This document shows, piece after piece, positions 1 through 9,470 of a DNA stretch of 64,000 bases. This DNA is from an uncultured delta proteobacterium (GTDB lineage: Bacteria > Desulfobacterota > Binatia > UBA9968). A program made the translations under genes and the position numbers. Under the pieces are notes generated by a model. It saw only the letters and a list, made by a program, of their open reading frames with translations, searched no databases and was not told the origin of the DNA. Position 1 is the stretch's first letter. Each line of letters starts with the position of its first letter. Location: contig CAVYTU010000011.1 in assembly GCA_963771465.1 (NCBI GenBank), positions 128,001 through 192,000 of the forward strand, in the 5' to 3' direction.

Positions 1-587
1 GTCGAGGTGTAGCCGACGATGAACTTGGGCTCCTTCATGTCGAGAAAATAAGCGAATAGCCGTCCGGCGACGTAGGAAGTATGGCCGACGGTTTGGCCGC
101 CAATACGGATACCTGGCTTCGCTCTCAACTTTTCCAGGCTGTCGAGTCCGAGTTCGCCCCGCGTATAGATGATCGCGTGGTTCTCATGCTCTGGCGTGCC
201 GAGATAGATGAACTTATCGACGTCGTAGTTGACACCTTGCTCACGCATGATGCCCAAGGCCACGAATGCGCCGCCGGCGCCGCCGATGGTGAGACCGTCG
301 GGACGGGCTGTATGAAACATGTGATTTGCCCCTTTGCGACCGCCGCCACCGTCCATGTACTCAATGACGACGGTGGGATTTCCCGGAATATGTTTTTTCA
401 GAAAGGGAATCATCGCTTTTACTCGAAGGTCCCCGCTTCCGCCCGCTGCAGTGAACGCGATGAGCGTGACGGTTTTGCCCTCATAGAAATTGGCTTGGGA
501 GTATGCCCGAGTCGACAGCAGCCCGAGCGCTGTAGTCGCGACGAGAAGAATAGCTACTGGAGAGAAAATGAGTTTGTTATACTTCAT
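1..587 (-). CDS. TctC/Bug-family substrate-binding protein, truncated by window edge
   Basis: Translated by hand. ATG at 587 after AAGGAGG; MKYNKLIF...QANFYEGKTVTLI...GDLRVKAMIPFLKKHIPGNPT...RPDGLTIG; frame open to base 1; close paralog of 722..1792. Confidence 0.85.
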   Translation of the reverse strand, partial: MKYNKLIFSPVAILLVATTALGLLSTRAYSQANFYEGKTVTLIAFTAAGGSGDLRVKAMIPFLKKHIPGNPTVVIEYMDGGGGRKGANHMFHTARPDGLTIGGAGGAFVALGIMREQGVNYDVDKFIYLGTPEHENHAIIYTRGELGLDSLEKLRAKPGIRIGGQTVGHTSYVAGRLFAYFLDMKEPKFIVGYTS

Positions 588-646
588 AATCAACCTCCTT
601 CAGTGCGTTCTTTTCGGCCCTGTATGGCGACGAAGAGAGTTTAGAA

Positions 647-711
647 CGTTCCAGCCGTTCAATCGCTACGCGCCGGTCAAAAGGATTTGAACCGCTTGAA
701 CGTTTTGAACC
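647..711. repeat. Intergenic GTTCAA/TTGAAC short-unit inverted repeat
   Basis: cgttccagccgttcaatcg...tttgaaccgcttgaacgttttgaacc; same unit at 27422 and 41870. Confidence 0.75.
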
Positions 712-721
712 TTCTTCATAT

Positions 722-1792
722 TTACCGCGGCGGCAGCTTCTTCGGGCCCGCGATTATTTTAAACAGCTCGATCGCCTCCGGATCGCGCGGGACTTCTTTG
801 ATCGCCTTCTCGTGATTTTCCGGTAGCAACGGCGACGGACTGTCGCCGGATAGTTTGAGATAATATTTAGCGAACTCGGGGTCCAGATAGGTCTTGCGGA
901 AAGCCTCCTTCAAAATATCGACGCGATCCTTCGGTGTTCCTGGGGGTAGCACGAAGGGAGTGCCGGTGACGCGAAAGCCCCGCTGCAGAGCGAGCATCTT
1001 ACGCTCGCGGTCGTTTTTGGCGAAGGTCTCGATCTCGGGAAGTTTGGCGAAGGTTGGATGGGGATGCTTGTCGCCTCTGGGTGTTTCCATAATCGCATGA
1101 ATGTTCACCAAACCCTTGTCGAGCCAATCGCGGTTGCGCTGCACGATGGTATCGGGGCCAGTGGCGCGGCCGTCGATCTCGCCGCGCATCATCGCCGGAT
1201 CGAGCTCGGCGCCGCCGAAGGCGGCGATAAACAGGGCCTCCTTTAGCCCAAGCATATAGACGAAAAGACGCCCCTCGTTATACGTGGAAAAGCCAATGGA
1301 CTGGCCGCCGATTTTGACTCCGGTGGCGGCGCGCAGCTTGTCGAGGGTATCGAAGCCGGCGTCTTTGCGGGTGACAAACACCGAATGGTAACTGCTATAC
1401 GGCGAGCCCAGGTAATGGAACTTGTCGATATCGTATAAGACGCCGGACTCTCCGAGTATGGCAAGGGAAACCATGCCCGAGCTCAGATTGCCGATGGTCA
1501 ATCCGTCGGGGCGAGAGGAGCGATAAACCTGATTGGCCGCCTTGCGGCTGCCGCCGCCGGGCACGAACTCCATGATGATGGTCGGATTGCCGGGAATATA
1601 TTTTTGCAGAAATGGCACCAGCGCTCGCACGCGCAGATCTCCGGTGCCGCCGGGATCGCGGCCTTGAACGATCGTGATCGTCTTGCCTTGAAAAAATGAC
1701 GCCTGGGAATAAGCCACAACCGGCGTTAGCGCCAGGACGAGCGATAGAGCTGAAAACCAACCAACGGTTAGGGTATTTTTGTCACCTTTCAC
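722..1792 (-). CDS. TctC/Bug-family substrate-binding protein
   Basis: Signal peptide, FFQGKTITIV, KYIPGNP, PGGG, PDGLTIG, PPGTP motifs. Confidence 0.9.
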   Translation of the reverse strand: MKGDKNTLTVGWFSALSLVLALTPVVAYSQASFFQGKTITIVQGRDPGGTGDLRVRALVPFLQKYIPGNPTIIMEFVPGGGSRKAANQVYRSSRPDGLTIGNLSSGMVSLAILGESGVLYDIDKFHYLGSPYSSYHSVFVTRKDAGFDTLDKLRAATGVKIGGQSIGFSTYNEGRLFVYMLGLKEALFIAAFGGAELDPAMMRGEIDGRATGPDTIVQRNRDWLDKGLVNIHAIMETPRGDKHPHPTFAKLPEIETFAKNDRERKMLALQRGFRVTGTPFVLPPGTPKDRVDILKEAFRKTYLDPEFAKYYLKLSGDSPSPLLPENHEKAIKEVPRDPEAIELFKIIAGPKKLPPR

Positions 1793-1986
1793 GGATCCAC
1801 CTCGCTTTCACGGTCGCTGTTGATAATTTATTCCAGGCATCAATTGCAAGCCTCGCCCAGCGTGACGATCAGCGCGGCAGCATCAGACGGAACAATTTTT
1901 GTTGTCCATGCATGTCCATTCGGTTATCACTTTGACGCACTGGGAAGCGATTTCATTTATCCGGGTTCGCATCTCCGCCAGCCGTA

Positions 1987-3024
1987 TCAGTTTCCTAAGA
2001 CCTTCTTCAATCGATCGGTGATCTCGGCGGGTTGACCGACGACTTCTTTTGCCAGTCGTTCCAATTCTTCGCCGCCCACCGGGTCGAACTCATAGTTGCG
2101 CTTTTTCACCTCGGCACGGAACTGCTCGTCGGCCATGGTCTTGGCGAAGCCGTCGCGCAGAGTCTTCAAGCGATCGGCCGGCATGCCGGGCGGGCCGAAC
2201 ATGGGCCGGCCCATGTCGTCGGCGCCGAGCAAGACCGTAGCGAGACGCCGTCCGGCATCCGCCGTTTTGTAACGATCCATCAATTCAAAAATGGTCGGCG
2301 TATTCGGCAGACGCGCGTCGCGCTTGCTGCCGCTCTGAAACAGGTGATGGGCGAAGCCGTTCTTGCGCCAGGTGTGATAGGGCTCTCGGCCGAAAAATGC
2401 TTCGATGGTAAATGCGCGGCAATGGATCTCACCGCGTTCGACGGCAAGGTCGATATCGGTGCCGCCGGGATAGCCGGTGACAATTTGGAATTTCGCGCCG
2501 ACTGTTTCTTGCAGAAGTTTCGGGAAATAGGAATCCGGGCCGGTGACGCCGGTGGCGCCGCATTTCGGCGCTTCTTTGGCCGTGCGCACATCCTCGATGG
2601 TTTTGTAAGGCGTGTCGCTGCGCATGTACATCTGGCTACTGCCGCGCGCCGGCGAGCCGATCCAAGAAAACTTCGCCCAATCGAACTGGATCTCGGATCG
2701 GCCGACCAATTGATTTAAGTAGAGCGATGGGATCACCGAGCCGATTATAGTCAGACCATCGGGTTTGGCGACCGTGTAGAGATGATTCACCGCCACCACG
2801 TGGCCCGCGCCGGGCATATTTTGCACGATGAAACTGGGATTACCCGGAATATGCCGGCCCATGTGATCGACAATCAGCCGCGCCCAGAAGTCATAGAGAT
2901 TTCCCGGCGGCGTACCGACGATGACGCGGATGGTTTTGCCTTGGTAGAAAGGTGTCTGGGCCTGGGCCGTGACGGTGAATCCTAAGAGAAAGCTACAGAA
3001 AACCAGCCGGAATAACCGTATCAT
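1987..3024 (-). CDS. TctC/Bug-family substrate-binding protein
   Basis: Signal peptide, FYQGKTI, HIPGNP, VQNMPGAG, AKPDGLT, GYPGG, ERGE motifs. Confidence 0.9.
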   Translation of the reverse strand: MIRLFRLVFCSFLLGFTVTAQAQTPFYQGKTIRVIVGTPPGNLYDFWARLIVDHMGRHIPGNPSFIVQNMPGAGHVVAVNHLYTVAKPDGLTIIGSVIPSLYLNQLVGRSEIQFDWAKFSWIGSPARGSSQMYMRSDTPYKTIEDVRTAKEAPKCGATGVTGPDSYFPKLLQETVGAKFQIVTGYPGGTDIDLAVERGEIHCRAFTIEAFFGREPYHTWRKNGFAHHLFQSGSKRDARLPNTPTIFELMDRYKTADAGRRLATVLLGADDMGRPMFGPPGMPADRLKTLRDGFAKTMADEQFRAEVKKRNYEFDPVGGEELERLAKEVVGQPAEITDRLKKVLGN

Positions 3025-3233
3025 GGCGCACCTCCCGAGACTTGAGCGTTGCGCCGGATACTGTACTAAAAAATTGGCGTAAAGCTAGAGGGATTTTTAG
3101 CGCCACTCGATTTCAGCTTTAACGACGGGAGCCCGTGGCACTCCGTATCTGGATTTCGGTTTATTTACCCCATTGGCCGCGGGAGCAAGATATAGTTCGA
3201 AAAAGCTCTTTGCCCAGGAGTTGAACTGCCCAG

Positions 3234-4358
3234 CTATTTCTTCGCCACCAGCGACTCCAACCAAGGCCGGAACTCGTTGATCTTGTCTTTGTGTTCTTCC
3301 AAGCCGGTGAAAAGATACTCCCTTTTGGCGTCGAGGACGTAGAAGGGGTTGATGATGCCGTCCTTAAGAATGTCGACTCTCAGTGAATTTTCCCGGGTCA
3401 ATTTTTGAAACTGGTTCTGACCGTCGCGACTTAGAATCCAGTTCAGAAAAACTTTGGCGGCGTTGGCGTTCGGCGATGATGCGAGCCACGACGCCGGGTC
3501 GGTGCCGGCGCCGACGGCGGCGATGCCTTCGAAATGGATCGGCACGACGGGCAAGCCTTTGGCGGCTAAGTCATCACAGTCGACGCCGCCGATGGCGATC
3601 GAGAATTTACCGCCGGCGATCCAGTCGGCGATCTGCGGCAAATTCCTAGAGATGGTGACATCCATCTCGCCGTAGAGGCGCTTTAAATATTCGGGCCCCA
3701 AGTCTTTGCGGAAATAGACCGTGTACATCTGATTGCGCGCGCTGCCGATGCGCAAATCCTGGGAAACGATTTTGCTTTTCCACTTGGGTTGCAATAGATC
3801 CCAGTAGCTTTTCAGTTCACTCGATTTGACGAGATTCGTATTGATGCACGCCGCCGTGTAAGGCACGGCGCGCCACAGGGCGACGAATTTGTCTTCGTTG
3901 TCGGCGAACCAGAGTTTGCCTTTGAACCAGCCATTCCCGTCGAGCACTTCAGCAAGCATCAGTGCCGGACGGATCGGTTGGAGCAGACCTTTGTCTTTGA
4001 GCGTGCCGAGCAGGATGTCGGTGCCGCCCAAGACGAGGTCGGCTTGGCGCATGCCGGCGCGCTGCTCGGCCATGATGCGAGAGATAATTTCGCTGATCCG
4101 GCCCGGCGTATAATTTACTTTGATCTTTGGAAAGGCTTGCTGAAAAACCTCGGTGTAGAGTTTTTGCTGGTCGGCGCCGGGCGGACCGTAGATGACGAGC
4201 TTAGCTTCCTTCTCGGCGGCGCGTTGGGTTGCTTCCCAATCGGCTTTCCAATTCGCTGGTGCTTGCCCAGCGAAGAGAACAGGGCGGGCGTGAAGCGTGA
4301 AGAGTACAAAGCATAATAACAATCCGCGTTCGACGAATCGTGATCCTCGATCTTCCAT
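3234..4358 (-). CDS. ABC-type extracellular solute-binding protein (Fe3+/polyamine-like cluster)
   Basis: AAEKEAKLVIYG, SYWDLLQPKWKSKI, PNANAAKVFLNWILSRDGQ motifs; start uncertain because the first codons overlap a repeat. Confidence 0.85.
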   Translation of the reverse strand: MEDRGSRFVERGLLLCFVLFTLHARPVLFAGQAPANWKADWEATQRAAEKEAKLVIYGPPGADQQKLYTEVFQQAFPKIKVNYTPGRISEIISRIMAEQRAGMRQADLVLGGTDILLGTLKDKGLLQPIRPALMLAEVLDGNGWFKGKLWFADNEDKFVALWRAVPYTAACINTNLVKSSELKSYWDLLQPKWKSKIVSQDLRIGSARNQMYTVYFRKDLGPEYLKRLYGEMDVTISRNLPQIADWIAGGKFSIAIGGVDCDDLAAKGLPVVPIHFEGIAAVGAGTDPASWLASSPNANAAKVFLNWILSRDGQNQFQKLTRENSLRVDILKDGIINPFYVLDAKREYLFTGLEEHKDKINEFRPWLESLVAKK

Positions 4359-4371
4359 CCTCGATTCCTCG
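4342..4371. repeat. Heptamer tandem repeat (GATCCTC-like)
   Basis: gatcctc gatcttc catcctc gattcctc. Confidence 0.6.
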
Positions 4372-4389
4372 ACCAGCAGTCGTCCGGAT

Positions 4390-5581
4390 TTAGATTCTCA
4401 CGACGCGCGGCCGGTGCTCGACCATCTCACCTTTGTTGACCAACCGGCCCGAGCCGACGACATCGAAGTGGAGCATTTCGGTGTCCTTGAGATCGCGAAG
4501 AATGCCCGGCGGATCATCGCCGCGCAGGACGGCTTGGATCGCCGCCATCCAGAGCTTGCGCACCTGAATGACACCGCGATCGGAGTAGCCGAGATGTTCG
4601 GCGGCGCGGTCGGCGATGCGGCCTTGGCCGATCTGCGCGGCGGCGTCTTGGCCATTCACCGTGGTCATGTCGAACTGCACACGGGTGCCGCGCATAAGCG
4701 GGGGCGGCCGCGGCGAATTTCGTTTGGGCCGAACAGTGGACTGGCCATCTTTGAATGGAAAAAATTTTAGAATGAACGATTGCGTACTAAAGTCGTCCAC
4801 CGGCACGCGCCACGCCACATCGGCGAAATAACCGTTCGGGTCGTCTGGGCTTGAGCCGCCGTCATGGATGACCAACACGGGCGGCGTGTAAGAAACCTCG
4901 CGATGCCATTCCTTGCCGGCCACCGGGCCTTGGCGCCGGGCGACATAGCTGGCGAATAAGTCGTCGGCGATAACTTCGAACTCCGGCGTCTCGGCGCGTT
5001 CGGGGTTTTCTCTGGCGCCGTTGACTTCGCGGCCGTGCAGAATGGTTGCGTGCACCGGATCGAGACAGTTGTCGAGCTGATTCATGAAGTTACACTCGCG
5101 CACATAGCCGTCGTAGGTGCGCTCGCCGTCTTGGCGAATTAGAAAGTCGTAGCGCGGAAACGGCGGCGGTTCGCCTGACCCCATGTAAGCGAAGATGACG
5201 CCGCCCACTTCACGGGTGGGATAGGCTTTGAGCAGAATTTTTGCCTTAAAATTGCTGTCGGCCGGTTCACCCGGCTGCTCGATGCAGCGGCCGTTCACAT
5301 CGAACACCCAGCCATGATAGCAGCAGCGGATGCCGCCGGCTTCGACCCAGCCATATTCAAGTGAAGTGCCGCGATGGGGACAAGTCGGTTCGGTCAAACC
5401 GACACGGCCAAACTCGTCGCGGAAGAGCAGTAAGTCTTCGGCCAAACGGCGGACGATTTTCGGTTCGTCGGAGTTGATCTCGGTCGGAAAAACTGACGGG
5501 TAGCCAATATCTTCGCAAAGTTTCGCCAGCCGGTGTGCCCGGGCCGACGCGGGTCATCATTTCGTTTTCTTTTTGGTCCAT
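4390..5581 (-). CDS. Rieske non-heme iron oxygenase (phthalate dioxygenase/vanillate demethylase-like), one frameshift
   Basis: N-terminus MDQKENEMMTRVGPGTPAGETLRRYW (5581) joins 4390..5445 if one A is removed from the A5 run at 5488-5492; Rieske CPH...CCYHGW and mononuclear Fe DPVHATILH motifs. Confidence 0.85.
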
Positions 5582-5749
5582 CGCGGTTTCTCAGGAGCAA
5601 CGAGAAGATGTAACGGTTATCGTCGAATAGCAATTGTCATGAAACGAAGTCGTTTACGCAAATCATTGTCAAAACCGCAAAGGCTGGCGTCGTTTGCCCT
5701 CGGCGCAATACGTGAGATCCAAGATCGTTCAATGCATTGGCGCGCGCTC

Positions 5750-7456
5750 TTATTGGGTGACGGGATGCTGCATTTGATAGCGACTGTTGCGCAGCACGCG
5801 GCCCGGCGTGGCGCCAGTGTGCTTGCCATCCTCGATCAACACTTCGCCGTTGACGACGGTTAAGTGCACGCCATCCGCGAGCGCGCACACGCGCCAGCCG
5901 TTGTTCGGCAGATCATGCACAACTTCTGGTTTGCGCGGTTGCACCTTGTCGGGGTCAAAGACAACCAGGTCAGCGGCCATTCCCGGCTGCAACAGGCCGC
6001 GGTCGTAAATGCCGAAGGCGGTCGCAGAGTCAAAAGTGAGCCGGCGCACGGCCTGCTCCAGCGGCATGATGCCGCGCTCGCGCACCCAGTATCCCAGCAT
6101 GCGCGTGCTGTAGCCGACTTGACAGTGAAACTGCACATGGGCGCCGCCGTCGGAGAGACCGACGACCGTATACGGGCTGGTCAGAAACTCAGTCATCGCC
6201 TGCCGGTCGGTATTGTTCTGGCCGAGCGTGAACAACGTGTTCAACTCCTCCTCCACGACCAGATCCAAAAAGACGTCCAACGGATCCCTTCTCTGAGCGG
6301 CGGCAATTTCCGCTATGCTCTGGTTCTTTAGTCCCTGATTACGGGCCAAAAACGGCTCTTCCACCAACAGCAGATCCCAGCGTTTGGCCCAGCGCGAATC
6401 CGGCCCCAATGGCGCGTCGATTTCCGCGCGCAGCTTGCCGCGCAGCGTCGGATCGCCGTAGGCGCGGATCTTCTCTTCATCCGGCGAATTCATGATTTCC
6501 AACCAGGTGGGCAGCTGGCGAAACGTCTGGCAGTTTTTCATGGTAAAATGTCCGACCACACTGTTCGGGCTGCAGAGCGGCACCGCGCGATTGCCCTGCC
6601 GGCAACTTTCCTCGACGAAATCCAAGTGCTGTTTCCAGCGCATCGGCGCGCGCGCGTTCTCTGCGAGCGCATTGTAGATAACCCGCCGGCCGCTGGCCGC
6701 GGATAGCCGGCTCATGAGCCGATCTTTTAGCTCCGGCGTCGTGCCGCCGCCGCTCTGAATTACTCCGGTACCAAATTCGCCGAGCGTCTCGGCCAAGGCA
6801 AACAGTTCCGATTCCGGGGCGAAAGACGCCGGAATGAGAGTTCCTCGCACGTCAAAATGGCTCATGTTGCGCGACAACGATAATCCTAGAGCGCCGCCCT
6901 CCACTCCCTGGCGGATCACGTTGCGCATGAGGTCAAGTTCGCCTTCGGTTGCCGCTCTTTCCTGGCTCGCTTCCCCCATGGCGTAAAGCCGTATCGCCGT
7001 ATGCCCCATTAACGCGCCGACGTTGACGCCGAGCTTGCGGTCGAGCGCGTCCATGTATTGCGGGAAGGTCTCCCAGTTCCACGGCACTCCAGCCTGCAGC
7101 ACATCCATGGGGATCGCTTCCACCTGGGATAACATGCTGATGAGCTTCTCGTGATCACGGTTCCGCACCGGTGCCACGGCGAGAGAGCAATTGCCGATAA
7201 TCACACTAGTCGCGCCGTGATAGCATGAGAACGTGCACAGCGGATCCCAGGTCACCTGCGCGTCGTAGTGACAGTGGTTGTCGATAAATCCCGGCGCGAT
7301 CACCTTGCCGTCCGCGTCGATCGTGCGCTCGGCAGCACCGCTTAGCCGGCCCATTTCCGCTATTTTCCCCCGAGTGACGGCCACATCACCGCGGTATGAG
7401 GGCATCCCAGAACCGTCGACGATACGGCAATTCTTAATCAACAAATCGTAAGCCAT
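5750..7456 (-). CDS. N-acyl-D-amino-acid deacylase-like amidohydrolase
   Basis: PGFIDNHCHYDAQ, GNC, SDGGAH, DRGLLQPGMAADLVVFD motifs. Confidence 0.9.
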   Translation of the reverse strand: MAYDLLIKNCRIVDGSGMPSYRGDVAVTRGKIAEMGRLSGAAERTIDADGKVIAPGFIDNHCHYDAQVTWDPLCTFSCYHGATSVIIGNCSLAVAPVRNRDHEKLISMLSQVEAIPMDVLQAGVPWNWETFPQYMDALDRKLGVNVGALMGHTAIRLYAMGEASQERAATEGELDLMRNVIRQGVEGGALGLSLSRNMSHFDVRGTLIPASFAPESELFALAETLGEFGTGVIQSGGGTTPELKDRLMSRLSAASGRRVIYNALAENARAPMRWKQHLDFVEESCRQGNRAVPLCSPNSVVGHFTMKNCQTFRQLPTWLEIMNSPDEEKIRAYGDPTLRGKLRAEIDAPLGPDSRWAKRWDLLLVEEPFLARNQGLKNQSIAEIAAAQRRDPLDVFLDLVVEEELNTLFTLGQNNTDRQAMTEFLTSPYTVVGLSDGGAHVQFHCQVGYSTRMLGYWVRERGIMPLEQAVRRLTFDSATAFGIYDRGLLQPGMAADLVVFDPDKVQPRKPEVVHDLPNNGWRVCALADGVHLTVVNGEVLIEDGKHTGATPGRVLRNSRYQMQHPVTQ

Positions 7457-7492
7457 GAGTTTCCTCCTAACTTAATTTCCAATGATTGGCCG

Positions 7493-7521
7493 ACTATAGG
7501 ACTCGCTCACAATGCTGTCAA
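7493..7521 (-). promoter_or_regulatory. Sigma70-type promoter of the amidohydrolase gene
   Basis: TTGACA-17 nt-TATAGT on the minus strand, ending ~37 nt before the ATG; AGGAGG RBS. Confidence 0.7.
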
Positions 7522-7694
7522 TTGACTCAAACCTTGTGATCACGCCAAACTGATAGCTTAATCTTTCGAATCTGATAGATCAGCAGCGAAGATTTTGCGA
7601 TCGAGGATGCGATCTCGGAGTAAGAAGCCTGTGAAAAGTTTAGCGGCGAAAACCAAAAATGCTGGGTTCAGCGGAATCCGGACGAAGCGATCGG

Positions 7695-7748
7695 CGTGCT
7701 CGTTTCGTGCTCGTCGGTGAGCATTCACGAGCACGAACCGCGAACACG
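7695..7748. repeat. CGTGCT/AGCACG short-unit inverted repeat
   Basis: cgtgctcgtttcgtgctcgt...acgagcacgaaccgcgaacacg, hairpin-forming, just after the ABM gene. Confidence 0.65.
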
Positions 7749-7754
7749 ATAGTG

Positions 7755-8045
7755 TCACTTAACCACGTGCGGCAAGAAATGCCCGCCGTCGCTTTTGGCC
7801 GTTTGATATTTGCCGGTTAGCTCGCGCATGGAATTGTACGTCGGCGTGCCGCGAATCTGTGTGTGTGCTTCGACGCTGTCCCAGTCCACCATCAGGATCA
7901 CACGGCTTGGATCTTCGATACTGGCAAAAAACTTGATGCCATGGGAGCCGGGATAATTAGCTTTGGCGAGAAACTCGCCAAACACTTTGATGTACTCGTC
8001 GCGTTTATCCGCCTGCACATGTTGAACGACGATTTCCTGGATCAT
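7755..8045 (-). CDS. Antibiotic biosynthesis monooxygenase (ABM)-family protein
   Basis: 96 aa; MIQEIV...SIEDPSRVILMVDWDSVEAH signature. Confidence 0.8.
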   Translation of the reverse strand: MIQEIVVQHVQADKRDEYIKVFGEFLAKANYPGSHGIKFFASIEDPSRVILMVDWDSVEAHTQIRGTPTYNSMRELTGKYQTAKSDGGHFLPHVVK

Positions 8046-8070
8046 TGATCACCCCTTGTGTCACTAACGG

Positions 8071-8119
8071 AAATGCCCCGCGTCCTTCCTGTGCGAGTGA
8101 AGAAGGGCGCGGGGCATTT
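8071..8119 (-). terminator. Stem-loop, probable terminator after the cupin gene
   Basis: aaatgccccgcgtccttc...gaagggcgcggggcattt inverted repeat. Confidence 0.6.
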
Positions 8120-8142
8120 ATTCGTGATAGGCAAAAACGCGC

Positions 8143-9378
8143 TTACACGCCGCCCGGCATGAAGGCGCCTTCGGGCGGGACGCGCTGGGTATAGACCCAA
8201 GCCGGCATGCCGGTTTTCATGCCTTCGGCGGCCAGCGCGGTTTCGTAATTTTTACGAACCTGTGGGTCTTCGTCGACGTAAGAGATCGCGTTGCCGCCGT
8301 CGCGGGTATCGGTTGCGCCGAGATCGCTCGCGTCGGCGCCGGGCGCGCCGCCGCGGCGAAAGGCCGGGCCGTAGGGGCCGTCGAATACCAGCAAGCGCAA
8401 ACCTTCGGGATCGGTGCCGAAGTGTTGATGATACCAGTCGCCGCGCATCGGCGCCGCGCTGATCATGCCGACCGGCTCGTAGGTTTGTCTTCTCACTTTG
8501 TCGCCTTGACCGTTTTCCCAGGGCTTCATGCCGAGAGTTTCCGGCCAGGTCTGGCTGTAGCCCTTGCCCTTGATACAGACGAGGATCGCGCCGGAGGAAT
8601 GTTTGTGCGCTTTGGAATACTGGCCGGTTTGGTATTGGGCGATCTTCATATAAAAGTTTGCGCTGGCCATATGCGGTTCGATGCGCCGGTAGTCGAAGGC
8701 GCGCCGATTGTCGCGCGGCAGCTCACAGCTGAGAATATCGGGAATGATATTGGTCTTGCGCATGGCGAGACCGCGCACCGGGTCGGCGAAAACATCTTCC
8801 ACCGGCTTGAAGTATTCATTCGAACCGTCGAAGCGGTTGAGAAACTCGTAGGGACAGTTCATGACGAAGTCGGCGTCGCGCACCAGGTTCATAATCGTCG
8901 GCGCCGTGGTGGCGGAGAGTAAAAGCGCCGGCGATGAGGTCGCGTTGACGATTTGGTGCCAGGCGTTCAGCGGGATCGCGAAGAGCGAGCCGGGTCCCCA
9001 CTCGAAGGTAAGTTTTCTTGACTTGTCATGCCAGACTTCCGTGGTGCCGCGGCCTTCGACGACGTAGAAAACTTCTTCATAAATATGGCGCTCGGCGTTG
9101 AGCGCGCCGGCGCCCGGCACTTCGACGACGTAGAGGCCGTACATGCCTTCGGTGCCGAGAAGCTGGATCGCGATGCCCTTGCCGCCCAAGCGCTTCCACG
9201 GTTTGAGCGGCAGGTCTTGGACCTTGTGGACACCGATATCGCGGTGCACTTCCAGTCCCTGCGCTTCGATGAACAAGTCGTACGGCGACTGAGGATTTTT
9301 CCACTTGCCGAAGCCGGCTTTTTTACCTTGTTCAGGTTCTTTCCAGTCAAATAGTTTTGCATTGGGTTCAACGCCCAT
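8143..9378 (-). CDS. Bicupin protein of unknown substrate
   Basis: ERHIYEEVFYVVEGRG...PLNAWHQ and KAHKH...WYHQHF cupin motifs. Confidence 0.85.
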   Translation of the reverse strand: MGVEPNAKLFDWKEPEQGKKAGFGKWKNPQSPYDLFIEAQGLEVHRDIGVHKVQDLPLKPWKRLGGKGIAIQLLGTEGMYGLYVVEVPGAGALNAERHIYEEVFYVVEGRGTTEVWHDKSRKLTFEWGPGSLFAIPLNAWHQIVNATSSPALLLSATTAPTIMNLVRDADFVMNCPYEFLNRFDGSNEYFKPVEDVFADPVRGLAMRKTNIIPDILSCELPRDNRRAFDYRRIEPHMASANFYMKIAQYQTGQYSKAHKHSSGAILVCIKGKGYSQTWPETLGMKPWENGQGDKVRRQTYEPVGMISAAPMRGDWYHQHFGTDPEGLRLLVFDGPYGPAFRRGGAPGADASDLGATDTRDGGNAISYVDEDPQVRKNYETALAAEGMKTGMPAWVYTQRVPPEGAFMPGGV

Positions 9379-9470
9379 ATTGTTTGATCTCCTTTCGCTA
9401 CGAGCTACAGAACAGAGTTGGTACCGTACTGAATCGACATTTCTTTTTCAACTTCACGCCATTCCAACAC

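Noticed and set aside
81-644. 187-aa + strand ORF and many similar 60-270 aa overlapping ORFs
   Set aside because: Antisense or alternate-frame shadows of clear genes, expected in GC-rich DNA.
1820-1843. TTGAT...ATCAA as FNR box
   Set aside because: The spacer is 14 nt rather than 4.
5488-5492. Programmed frameshift or phase variation in the Rieske gene
   Set aside because: The run is only 5 nt with no evident stimulatory structure; a sequencing error is simpler.
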